Positions 1 to 8,705 of a DNA stretch of 64,000 nucleotides are shown here, piece by piece. The stretch lies in assembly GCA_051002135.1 (NCBI GenBank), contig JBPCMQ010000039.1, forward strand, positions 25,510-89,509. The letters run 5' to 3'. The position numbers and the translations under genes are program-made. The first letter of the stretch is position 1, and the number at the start of each line of letters is the position of its first letter. Below the pieces are notes generated by a model, which searched no databases, was not told the DNA's origin, and saw nothing but the letters and a program-made list of their open reading frames with translations. This stretch comes from Chloroflexota bacterium (GTDB lineage: Bacteria > Chloroflexota > UBA5177).

Positions 1-81
1 TCACCGGGAAAATCGGCTCTGGGGCCGTACTACATCGAGCAGTTCATGCGTGAGCAAACGCTCACGGTCGTGTCCGACTAG

Positions 82-480
82 CTACTCCACGACTTCGAGG
101 AACGCCTCGCGGATCCCGCCGTCCTTAATGCGAAACGCCTTGATCTCAGGATCAGGCTCGGCCGCCAGGGATACGATGATGTACAGGGCGTCCGGATAGT
201 GGGCGAGACCGACGTCCGTCTGTGAGGGATACGCGCTGGTCCGTGTGTGCGAGTGAAAGATCGCGCCCAGATCCCAGCCGGCGTCGTCGATCTCCATGAT
301 TGCCCGCAGCTGTTCCTGTGGATCCATGTGATAAAAGACCGGGCTGGGGTCCGAGTTCTCGATGCAGTACACTTTGACCGCTCTATCCTCCGTGGATGCC
401 ACGAGTCCACACGCCTCGTTGGGAAAGCCCGCGCGGGCGTGCTCGATCATCTCGTGCACGTGCTGACGCGAGATCACCAT
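82..480 (-). CDS. mec: JAMM/MPN+ (Mov34) metallopeptidase, Mec+-like CysO-cysteine hydrolase. The track ORF 82..531 is trimmed to the MVISRQH start.
   Basis: HSHTRTSAYPSQTD matches the JAMM HxH..S..D zinc motif. EACG near the N-terminus is typical of Mec+. The start ATG at 480 overlaps the cysM stop TGA at 474-476 (ATGGTGA). Last gene of the cysO-cysM operon. Confidence 0.75.
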   Translation of the reverse strand: MVISRQHVHEMIEHARAGFPNEACGLVASTEDRAVKVYCIENSDPSPVFYHMDPQEQLRAIMEIDDAGWDLGAIFHSHTRTSAYPSQTDVGLAHYPDALYIIVSLAAEPDPEIKAFRIKDGGIREAFLEVVE

Positions 481-1433
481 AGAAACGCGTGGTCCAGACT
501 GTCTTCCAGGGTGGTGATGGGCGCGGTCCACAGGTCTCCGCTGAGATACTTCCAGCCGCCATCGGGGAGCAGAGCGACAACTACGCCGCTGTCGAGGCTG
601 CCGGCATAACGCAGAGCCGCGGCAACAATGGCCCCCGAGGAAACTCCGGCGAAAATGCCTTCCTCCGCCGCCAGACGCCGCATCATCACAACGGAGTCAA
701 CGCTGGTAATCAGCAGTTTGGCGTCCAGGATCGAGGGATCGAAAATTGGAGGGACGAAGCCCTCGTCAAGGCTGCGCAGGCCCTGCACGAGATCTCCGGG
801 CAGTGGCTCGGCCGCGACGATTTCGACGTCCGATCTCATCTCTTTCAGGTACCTGCCGGCGCCAGTGAGAGTGCCGCCGGTTCCCAGTCCTGCCACGAAC
901 ACCGTTATATCGGGTACATCGCGCAGAATTTCAGGTCCGGTCGTCTCGTAGTGAGCGGTTGGATTCGCAAGATTTCCGTACTGGTTGAGAATCCAGTAGT
1001 GCTCGTGCTTGTCCAGCTCCTGCGCCACTTCTATCGACCCGTTGGTGCCCTTGGCGGCGGGGGACTCGACGATTTCGGCGCCGAAGATCTGCAGCAGCTT
1101 TCGCCGTTCGGGGGTGACGTTTTGCGGCATGACCGCCACAACGCGGTAGCCCTTGACACGCCCCAACATGGCAAGAGCGATTCCGGTATTGCCGCTTGTG
1201 GGCTCGAGCAAGATATAGTCGGCCGATTCAGCTCGTCTCTCGTACTCCGCTATCAAGTACTTTGCGACGCGGTCTTTGACGCTGCCACTGGGATTCGCAC
1301 CTTCCAGCTTGGCGAAGAGCCGTACATTGGGGTTTCGATTCAGTCGCCGCAACTCGACGACCGGTGTATTACCGATGGCGCCCAGGATGCTGCTGTGCGC
1401 CTCGTGTTCAACTAACGGTGAGGCTGCGCTCAC
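474..1433 (-). CDS. cysM: PLP-dependent cysteine synthase, CysM-type (likely O-phosphoserine/CysO-thiocarboxylate dependent)
   Basis: 319 aa. SVKDR lysine motif, TSGNTG and GLGTGGT glycine loops of the tryptophan-synthase-beta family. GTG start at 1433 preceded by GGGAGAGGG. Sits between cysO and mec as in the mycobacterial mec-cysO-cysM system. Confidence 0.85.
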   Translation of the reverse strand: MSAASPLVEHEAHSSILGAIGNTPVVELRRLNRNPNVRLFAKLEGANPSGSVKDRVAKYLIAEYERRAESADYILLEPTSGNTGIALAMLGRVKGYRVVAVMPQNVTPERRKLLQIFGAEIVESPAAKGTNGSIEVAQELDKHEHYWILNQYGNLANPTAHYETTGPEILRDVPDITVFVAGLGTGGTLTGAGRYLKEMRSDVEIVAAEPLPGDLVQGLRSLDEGFVPPIFDPSILDAKLLITSVDSVVMMRRLAAEEGIFAGVSSGAIVAAALRYAGSLDSGVVVALLPDGGWKYLSGDLWTAPITTLEDSLDHAFLW

Positions 1434-1452
1434 GCCCTCTCCCTATGCGTGG

Positions 1453-1728
1453 TCACGGGTTGCCACCAGCCATCGCCGGCAAGATGATCACGGTGTCCTG
1501 CGGACCGACCGCCGTGTCCAGCTTGTTCAGATATTGGATGTCCTGGTCATTCACATACACGTTCACAAATCGGCGGAGCTCCTGATTCTCGTAGAGCTGG
1601 TCGTCGAGAGCGGGGAACTGATCTACGAGGCTCCGCAGGACCTCGCCTACGGTTCCACCATCCGCTTCAACGTCGCGTGAGCCGCCCGTTTGCTTTCGCA
1701 GTACAGGCGGTATGCGTACTCTGCTCAC
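1453..1728 (-). CDS. cysO: ThiS/MoaD-family sulfur carrier protein, CysO-like, ending ...AMAGG-NP (two residues after the GG)
   Basis: 91 aa beta-grasp-size protein with a C-terminal GG followed by NP before the stop. Sits between the E1 gene and cysM. The extension past GG implies JAMM processing. Confidence 0.75.
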   Translation of the reverse strand: MSRVRIPPVLRKQTGGSRDVEADGGTVGEVLRSLVDQFPALDDQLYENQELRRFVNVYVNDQDIQYLNKLDTAVGPQDTVIILPAMAGGNP

Positions 1729-1762
1729 CTTTCTATCCTTCCGTGACGGTTCGCGTCGTGTC

Positions 1763-2839
1763 CTACTGCCCCGCGAGCGCGGCGACGTCCGCCGGCGAGC
1801 GTGCCGGCGCCGATCCGCAGACCGGGCAGTCCGGATCGCGACGCAGCCTGAGCTCCATGAATGACGAGCTCAGGGCATCGAACATCAGCAGACGGCCGAC
1901 GAGTGTCTCTCCGATGCCAACGATTAACTTGATCACTTCGTTTGCCTGCAATAGGCCCATTATTCCGGGAAGCACGCCCAGAACTCCCGCTTCGCCTCAG
2001 GTGGGCGCGAGCGACGGTGGTGGTGGCTCTGGATAGACGCAACGGTAACACGGCCCGGCTCCCGCCACGAAAGTCGACACCTGGCCGTCGAAGCTCAGGA
2101 TGCTTGCCGAAACATTGGGCGTGCCCTGTCGCACGCATATCTCATTCAACAGATAGCGGGTATCAAAGTTATCGACGCCGTCGATGACGATGTCGTACCC
2201 CGCGAGGATGTCGTCGGCGTTACTCGCGTCAAGGCGGGTCTCATATCCGACAACCTTGACGTCCGGATTGAGCGCCGCAATTGACTGCCTCGCAGATTCC
2301 ACCTTGGACATCCCGACGCGTTCGGTCGTGTGTATGACCTGGCGTTGTAGATTGCTTTCCTCCACCACATCGGCGTCGACTATGCCAAGTGTTCCCACGC
2401 CCGCCGCCGCCAGATAGAGAGCCGAAGGCGAGCCAAGCCCGCCCACGCCTACGAGGAGAACTTTGGCGTCGAGAAGCTTGAACTGGCCTTCTTCGCCGAC
2501 CTCCGGGATGAGCACGTGGCGGCTGTAACGATGCATCTGGTCGGATGAGAGCGTGCGCGGAATCACAAAGGGCTGTCCAGCATCCTTCCAACCCGTGAAG
2601 CCGCCCCGCAAAGAGCGAACATCCTCGTACCCCATGTCCTGTAAAGTTCTGGCGGCCAGGACCGATCTGGTTCCTCCAGCACAGTACAACAGGACAGGCA
2701 TTCGCTTGTCCGGCACCGCATTTTCAATGCGCAGCTCGAGGTACCCTCGTGGCACGTGGATCGCGCCGGGGATGTGGCCCTCGTCCCATTCGATTTTTTC
2801 GCGCACGTCAATGAGACGCGACGCCTCCGTTTTCCCCAC
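1763..2839 (-). CDS. Rhodanese–ThiF/MoeB E1 fusion (MoeZ-like sulfur-carrier adenylyltransferase/sulfurtransferase). An in-frame TGA at 1997-1999 sits at the conserved active-site Cys position, making it a candidate selenocysteine. The true 5' end probably lies upstream of 2839.
   Basis: Track ORFs 1997..2839 and 1763..1975 are in the same frame, separated by one TGA. The rhodanese active-site loop is CAGGTRS. E1 motifs present: LLVGVGGLGS, the CYRC...CPVCG zinc site, and PEPPPP-SLAPT-[TGA]-GEAGVLGVLPGIMG aligning with MoeB PTCAEAGV / ThiF NCRTAGV. The rhodanese sequence TIEELTLPTFDELFSAAKRNVEEVSVAQASDD continues in frame upstream to a TAG at 2945-2947. Confidence 0.6.
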
Positions 2840-3005
2840 ATCGTCGGACGCCTGGGCAACGGAAACCTCTTCGACATTCCTTTTAGCAGCGGAAAACAGC
2901 TCGTCAAAGGTGGGCAGGGTCAGTTCCTCGATTGTGCATATGACCTATTGTAGCCAAAGCTGAAAGGGCGGCCTATGCCACCTGTTTTTCGTACCGGCCT
3001 CACTG

Positions 3006-3317
3006 TCAGCGTCGCCCATACCTTGCCTCCACGTCGGCAATCACATCACGGGGAGCGATGATATCCCACGCGAATGGGTGGCGCTCCTCCGGGGTACGAA
3101 AGTAGCGCGCGACAATTCGCATATCGTTGGATGTTACGGCCAGATCCTTGACTCGTCGGTCGTCCGTGTAAAGGCAGTCGCTGTCACTCGACCACTTCCT
3201 TCGCTCGCAAACCATCACTGCCCCCCGATAGTTGTGTGGACTACGAGGCGCATTATAGCACTCATGTTCTACTTCGCTTATGGCCCTCACCGGTGCGCTT
3301 GCGGCCCTCGGACCCAC
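3006..3317 (-). CDS. hypothetical small protein; start uncertain, possibly the internal MVCERRK start near 3215
   Basis: ORF with non-repetitive amino-acid composition. No recognisable motif. Confidence 0.25.
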   Translation of the reverse strand: MGPRAASAPVRAISEVEHECYNAPRSPHNYRGAVMVCERRKWSSDSDCLYTDDRRVKDLAVTSNDMRIVARYFRTPEERHPFAWDIIAPRDVIADVEARYGRR

Positions 3318-3416
3318 CCGAGAAAGTACGCCTTATGAGCCAAAGTCGGAGCTGCACAGTCTGATCGCCTGTTCGACTCGCTGGCACCAGAGTCGTCCGG
3401 TGTACTCACCGGCCTG

Positions 3417-4307
3417 CTACGCGTGTGCCGCTGCTGCGAGCAGCGCTCCGACGGCTGTTACGGCAACGGCCGGTGCTGCCAGGTGGAAGACGGTGAGGCG
3501 GGCCCTCCTGCTTGTCAGAGCAAAGCGTCGAAGGCTGGCGATGCGGATGGTTAGAGCGACACCAAAGGAATCCAGGAGGATGCCTGGTACCGACCTCCAG
3601 ACAAGACCGGTGGCAAGGGCTCCGATCGTGGCGCAGGCCAGACCGACGACAATAGCGGAGAAGGTGAGCGAAGGACCGAGCCGAGCCGCGGGACCAAGTT
3701 GATTGGTTTCGCGGTCGCTCTCAATATCGGGAAAGGACTGAGCCAGGTGTGCCACCAGGACCAGGAGGAGGCCGGCGGGATAGGCGAGCAGGAAAGCCGA
3801 AGTGAGGTGGCCTGCGATAACCCAGATCCAGGTGACGAGGGACATAAAGCCGACCAGATAGCTCACCCAACTGAAAGGCGTGGGCTTCAGCCAGAGGTCG
3901 TACAGCAGGCCGGCGGCCGTGCCTAGAACGGTCAATGCGAAGGCTACAGTGCCGAAGGTCGCGGCCATTGGTACCAGCGCTACCATGCTGGCAAGTGAAA
4001 TGAACAGGGCAGTTCCGGGTAAGATGACCCCCGACGGGATTGGTTTTTCGGGTTGGACACGCCGATCCAGGTCTCGATCCAGATAGTCGTTGAGCGACCC
4101 AACGGATATCTGGCTCAAAAGGACGACGAGCGCGGCGCGAGTGAGAAAAAAAAGACCTGGGTTGCCTCGATGAGCCACGACGACGAGAAGTGCCGAGGTG
4201 AGGACAACGGCGCCGACGGGAAAGGGATGGACGAGACGCACCGCTCCCACGACCCGGCGCATTCCACCCGCAGGACCGGGACGAGCAGGCAGCGCATCGT
4301 TTTGCAC
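3417..4307 (-). CDS. UbiA-family polyprenyltransferase (integral membrane)
   Basis: Multiple TM segments and the NDYLDRDLDRRVQPEKPIPSG aspartate-rich UbiA motif. Confidence 0.7.
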   Translation of the reverse strand: MQNDALPARPGPAGGMRRVVGAVRLVHPFPVGAVVLTSALLVVVAHRGNPGLFFLTRAALVVLLSQISVGSLNDYLDRDLDRRVQPEKPIPSGVILPGTALFISLASMVALVPMAATFGTVAFALTVLGTAAGLLYDLWLKPTPFSWVSYLVGFMSLVTWIWVIAGHLTSAFLLAYPAGLLLVLVAHLAQSFPDIESDRETNQLGPAARLGPSLTFSAIVVGLACATIGALATGLVWRSVPGILLDSFGVALTIRIASLRRFALTSRRARLTVFHLAAPAVAVTAVGALLAAAAHA

Positions 4308-4353
4308 CCTTCAGCTCCGCACTCAGGGACGTTCCGGTGGGCGATAGGGTCGG

Positions 4354-5592
4354 TCAGACGGGAGATGCCTCCAGTGGCTTTTCCGCCGCCTTACGGAGCT
4401 GCTGGACTTTATCAAGGCGCTCCCAAGGCACGTCGAGGTCATCCCGCCCAAAGTGACCGTAGGCGGCGGTGCGCCGGTACAAAGGCCTCCGCAAGCCCAA
4501 ATTGCGGATGATGGACGCCGGACGGAAGTCGAAGTGACTCGCGATGAGCTCCAGAATCTCGTCGTCCGGCACGTGACCCGTCCCAAACGTCTCGATCATG
4601 ATAGACATCGGGTGCGCCACGCCTATGGCATACGAGACTTGGATTTCGAGTCTGTCTGCCAACCCCGCGGCCACGATGTTCTTGGCCACGTACCGCGTGT
4701 AATACGCCGCGGACCGATCGACCTTTGTCGGATCCTTTCCGGAAAACGAACCCCCACCGTGGCGAGCCATTCCGCCGTACGTGTCGACGATGATCTTCCG
4801 GCCCGTCAATCCCGCATCGCCCTGAGGACCCCCAATGACAAAATTGCCCGTGGGGTTCACGAAGTAGTGGGTATCGGCGTCTAACAAAATCGGATCCACG
4901 GCGTCAATGACGGGCTTGATGACGTGCTCGATGATATCTCGCTCTATCTCACCGTGATCAAGAGTGTCACTGTGCTGAGACGAAACCACGACGGCGTCGA
5001 CCCGTCGCGGGCGCCCGAATCGATACTCCACTGTCACTTGAGCCTTGCCGTCAGGCCGCAGATAGTTGAGAGGCCCCTCTCGCCGAACGTGTGACAGCCG
5101 TTGGCACACACGGTGTGCGAGAGAGATCGGCAACGGCATATATTCGGGGGTCTCATGGCACGCAAAGCCAATCATCATACCCTGGTCGCCGGCTCCGATC
5201 TCGTCCACCGCCTGGTCGGACTCTTTCGTTTCAAGCGAGTGATCCACCCCCACCGCGATATCTGGTGACTGCCCTTTCAGTGCCACGGAGACACCGCAGG
5301 TGTGCGCGTCGAACCCGTACTTCGCGCGATCATATCCGATCCCAGCAATTGTGCGACGCGCGATGGCGGCGGCGTCGTATGACGCGCTCGTCGTGATTTC
5401 TCCTAGTACCAGCACGAATCCGGTGGTCGCTACCGTCTCACACGCGACCCGGGCATAGGGATCCTGCTCGATTATCGCATCCAGGATTGCGTCCGAAACT
5501 TGGTCGCAAATCTTGTCCGGGTGTCCCTCCGTGACGGATTCTGACGTAAAGAACAATTGTGGCGACTGCATGAAAGTCGTCGACGTGGTCAT
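4354..5592 (-). CDS. metK: S-adenosylmethionine synthetase; the track ORF extends to 5673 but the likely start is MTTSTTF
   Basis: Canonical MetK sequence: [26 protein letters not shown], the GGGAFSGKD P-loop and DRSAAY. Confidence 0.9.
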   Translation of the reverse strand: MTTSTTFMQSPQLFFTSESVTEGHPDKICDQVSDAILDAIIEQDPYARVACETVATTGFVLVLGEITTSASYDAAAIARRTIAGIGYDRAKYGFDAHTCGVSVALKGQSPDIAVGVDHSLETKESDQAVDEIGAGDQGMMIGFACHETPEYMPLPISLAHRVCQRLSHVRREGPLNYLRPDGKAQVTVEYRFGRPRRVDAVVVSSQHSDTLDHGEIERDIIEHVIKPVIDAVDPILLDADTHYFVNPTGNFVIGGPQGDAGLTGRKIIVDTYGGMARHGGGSFSGKDPTKVDRSAAYYTRYVAKNIVAAGLADRLEIQVSYAIGVAHPMSIMIETFGTGHVPDDEILELIASHFDFRPASIIRNLGLRRPLYRRTAAYGHFGRDDLDVPWERLDKVQQLRKAAEKPLEASPV

Positions 5593-5765
5593 CGATTCTC
5601 CTCTAGTTGGCCCTCGCTGATTCCCTAGAGTATACGCGGGTCTGATTGCCCGCTCATAGAGACACGTGCTCAAGGCCTTGTTTGTTCAAAGTGCTGCATG
5701 TATGGTGGAGCACATGTTCAGCATTTTCGAGCGCGTCTGGCTGTGGTGAGGCCGATACGCAGCCT

Positions 5766-7511
5766 ATGAGTAACGAGGGTCCTTCCGGATCGCCGCACCG
5801 GCCGGACAGAGGCAGCCCGCCTCGCCGCTCGGACAGAGGACTTCCGCGTCGCCGGGCTTCCTCGTCTCTCGAAGATCTAGGCGAAGTTGAGCGTCGTCCG
5901 CGAACGGCCAGGCGTGCCGGCCTGCGCAACTCATCTGGAACAAGCGTCCTTGCCGCCCTGATACTCCTGACGCTGGTAGGCGCAACTGCCTTCGCCATAT
6001 TCCTCCACGGGCGCTCCGACCTTTCGGCGGCTCGACCTCCAGCTCCGGCCGCTTACGCCTTCGTCTTTGTCGTCGATGGGATGGCGGCAGCCGACGTTTC
6101 GTCGATTACCACCCCAAACATCGCTCACCTGGCCAAGCAGGGCATCTCTTACCCCAGTGCATGGGTGGGCCAGGCGGAGTCCTCTTCCCTCGCGTCGAAC
6201 GCGAGCATCGGGACCGGGCTTTTTCCCAGTAATGACGGTGTCGTCGGTTGGCAATGGTCCTCGCCGCACAGTGCCCAGGTAGTAGCGCCTGCGAGTCCGA
6301 CGCAAGTGCAGCTCGGCAGTCTCGACCAGGTGATGCAGTCCCACTCGCGAGACTCTCTCTCGTCGCGCGTTAAGTCACGCTACCCCAACGATCACGTCGT
6401 GTCCATCAGTGGAAGTCAGTGTGGGGTCGCCGATGCGGCCGGTACGTGGACGGCGGACTACGTCCTGTGCCCGCGCCGGCAGAGCAAAGAATGGCTACCA
6501 GGAAGCGTTACCGGTCACGCCCCTCCACTCGCGCTACTGAACAGCCCTGGGCTGGCTGTACCGGTGCTTCGCGGACGGGCTCTCGGCGCCGTGACGGAGA
6601 GGTGGCAGGTCGGCACTCAGGATGACTGGGTTGCTCGCTGCGCCCTCGCCGTGCTGGCGCGCGAGAAACCCCGGCTGACGATCCTGAATTTTCCAGAGAT
6701 TGAGCAGGTTTTACGGTTCGCTCCGTCGCGGAATGACGGTGACATTCGCCGGGGGCTACTGCGCGGTGTCGATCGCGACATCGGCCGCGTCGTGGCCGCC
6801 ACCCGTGTCAACGGCACGTTCGACCGTAGCGTCTTCGTCATAACCTCCGACCAGGCTCTCGCCTCCGTTGCCCAGCGCTTGCAAAAGTCGCGGATCGCGG
6901 ATGCCATTCTGGGCGCTGGAGGGGAACAGACGTATCTCGCCTCCGATATGTCCGCTGCAGCAGGCGTGCGAGACCCACTTCAAGTGGCGCCGGTGGCAGC
7001 GGCCCTGAGGAGCGTCGATCGCGGCAACATCGACATTGTCTTCAGGAAAGTGAGGACTCACGGACGCGAGGGCTACCGTGCGGAGGCGCTCCGATCCCTG
7101 TCCAACGGCTTCATTGCCGCCGAAAGCGACGTCGTGGGGACTATGGCATCCGTTACCTCTCCGGACATTGTCCTCGTTTATTCCCCCGGGGTGTCCACTT
7201 TTGGAGTCCATGCGTCCCGCCTTCCTGAACAGAACGGGGGAATGGGTATGCAGTGGCCGAATCTGCATATCCCGTTCATTCTGGCCGGACATGGCATCGT
7301 GCAGGGCGCGACATCCAGATATCCCGCGCGTCTGGTCGACCTCGCACCGACACTGACTGCCCTGATGCATCTCGCGACCGGCAGTCCGGACGGTCTTGTC
7401 CTGGCGGATGCACTGTACCAGCCGCCGGCCGGAAGCGTAATGCGGCAGGAGAATGAGTCTCGGCACTCCTCACCCCTTGTCCGCGCGCTACAGGAGCGTA
7501 GCGGGCACTAG
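5766..7511 (+). CDS. Membrane-anchored alkaline-phosphatase-superfamily protein (type I phosphodiesterase/nucleotide pyrophosphatase-like). Start taken at MSNEGPSG; track ORF starts 5646.
   Basis: Single N-terminal TM helix, then FVFVVDGMAAAD, typical of AlkP-core metal-site proteins. About 580 aa. Confidence 0.55.
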   Translation: MSNEGPSGSPHRPDRGSPPRRSDRGLPRRRASSSLEDLGEVERRPRTARRAGLRNSSGTSVLAALILLTLVGATAFAIFLHGRSDLSAARPPAPAAYAFVFVVDGMAAADVSSITTPNIAHLAKQGISYPSAWVGQAESSSLASNASIGTGLFPSNDGVVGWQWSSPHSAQVVAPASPTQVQLGSLDQVMQSHSRDSLSSRVKSRYPNDHVVSISGSQCGVADAAGTWTADYVLCPRRQSKEWLPGSVTGHAPPLALLNSPGLAVPVLRGRALGAVTERWQVGTQDDWVARCALAVLAREKPRLTILNFPEIEQVLRFAPSRNDGDIRRGLLRGVDRDIGRVVAATRVNGTFDRSVFVITSDQALASVAQRLQKSRIADAILGAGGEQTYLASDMSAAAGVRDPLQVAPVAAALRSVDRGNIDIVFRKVRTHGREGYRAEALRSLSNGFIAAESDVVGTMASVTSPDIVLVYSPGVSTFGVHASRLPEQNGGMGMQWPNLHIPFILAGHGIVQGATSRYPARLVDLAPTLTALMHLATGSPDGLVLADALYQPPAGSVMRQENESRHSSPLVRALQERSGH

Positions 7512-7513
7512 AT

Positions 7514-8701
7514 CTAGCCTGCCTCGCTCTCGCGCGGCAGGTCGAGTAGCCGGGGAGCCGCGCGTTCCAACGTCTCCATCCGCTTGGGAAAGGCGAATCG
7601 GACGAAATTGCTGCCGGCTCCCCGCGCTTTGTAGAAGCTGCTGCCGGGCACGACGGCAACCCCTCGCTCGGCAACCAACCACTGGGCGAAGTGCACGTCG
7701 TCCCGGAAGCCGAAGGGGCGGATGTCCACCATCGTGTAGTAGGCGCCGAGAGGTACGATGGGCTCCAGGCCTGTCTTTCGGAGAACATCGATCAGGTAGT
7801 CGCGCCGTTGTTGGTAGTCGTCCCGCAGCTTCTGGTAGTACGCTTCGGGCCAGCACACGGCGGCGGCACCGGCCGCCTGGAGGGGAGCGGCTGCTCCCAC
7901 CGTGAGAAAGTCGTGAACCTTGCGGATCGCGTCCGTAAGCTGAGCAGGGGCAATGACATACCCGACGCGCCAACCCGTGACGCTGTACGTCTTCGAGAGA
8001 CCGTTGACAATAACCGTGCGTTCCCTCATGTTGGGCAAAGTGGCCGGAGAGACGTGCAGGGCGCCGTCGTACAGGATATGTTCGTAAATCTCATCGGTAA
8101 ACATCAGGCAATTCCATTGCTCGCAAAGTTCGGCAATGGCTAGGAGCTCGTCTCGGGTGAAGACCTTTCCTGTGGGATTGTTCGGAGTGTTGATGACAAT
8201 CGCGCGAGTCCGAGGACCAAAGGCGGCTGACAGGACGTCGCGGTCCAGTTTCCAATCGGGCGCCAGGAGCGGCACGTAGCGAGGAATGGCTCCGCAGAGC
8301 GCGCAGTCCGGACCATAGTTTCCATAAAAGGGCTCGAAAATGACCGCCTCGTCGCCCGGGTTGAGAAGCCCGAGCATAACGCTCGCCATGCCTTCGGTGG
8401 CACCACAGGTCACCGTTATCTCGCGCTCGGGGTCAACGTCTATACCCAGGAAATGGCGAGTCTTCCAGGCGATGCCGTCCCGCAGATTCTTGGCGCCCCA
8501 CGTGATTGCGTACTGATTGACGTTATCTTGTATGGCGCGACAGGCGGCATCCTTGAGCTCCCGCGGCGCCGAAAAGTCGGGGAAGCCCTGGGCCAGATTA
8601 ATCCCGTCGGTTGAATGCAGGTGGTTGACAAGGCGTGTCATCTCCCTGATGACCGATTCGGTGAAGCTTGTGGTGCGCTCTGCACCCGTGAAGCTCTCCA
8701 T
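7514..8701 (-). CDS. PLP-dependent aminotransferase class I (YbdL/kynurenine-aminotransferase-like). Start at MESFTGAE; track ORF extends to 8854.
   Basis: INLAQGFPDF, NPTGKV, and SKTYSVTGWRVGY with the PLP lysine. Confidence 0.8.
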   Translation of the reverse strand: MESFTGAERTTSFTESVIREMTRLVNHLHSTDGINLAQGFPDFSAPRELKDAACRAIQDNVNQYAITWGAKNLRDGIAWKTRHFLGIDVDPEREITVTCGATEGMASVMLGLLNPGDEAVIFEPFYGNYGPDCALCGAIPRYVPLLAPDWKLDRDVLSAAFGPRTRAIVINTPNNPTGKVFTRDELLAIAELCEQWNCLMFTDEIYEHILYDGALHVSPATLPNMRERTVIVNGLSKTYSVTGWRVGYVIAPAQLTDAIRKVHDFLTVGAAAPLQAAGAAAVCWPEAYYQKLRDDYQQRRDYLIDVLRKTGLEPIVPLGAYYTMVDIRPFGFRDDVHFAQWLVAERGVAVVPGSSFYKARGAGSNFVRFAFPKRMETLERAAPRLLDLPRESEAG

Positions 8702-8705
8702 GGCC

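Noticed and set aside
489-1415. Long plus-strand ORF opposite cysM
   Set aside because: It is antisense to a strongly supported CysM gene and has low-complexity composition. It is a GC-rich shadow ORF.
2937-2942. ATG within CATATG upstream of the rhodanese–E1 gene as a possible true start
   Set aside because: It is out of frame with the rhodanese domain and runs into a TGA after 11 codons.
5593-5765. Possible SAM riboswitch in the metK 5' leader
   Set aside because: I could not match SAM-I, SAM-II or SAM-IV core motifs by eye. The region is also the divergent promoter for the AlkP-like gene. Left unassigned pending a covariance-model scan.
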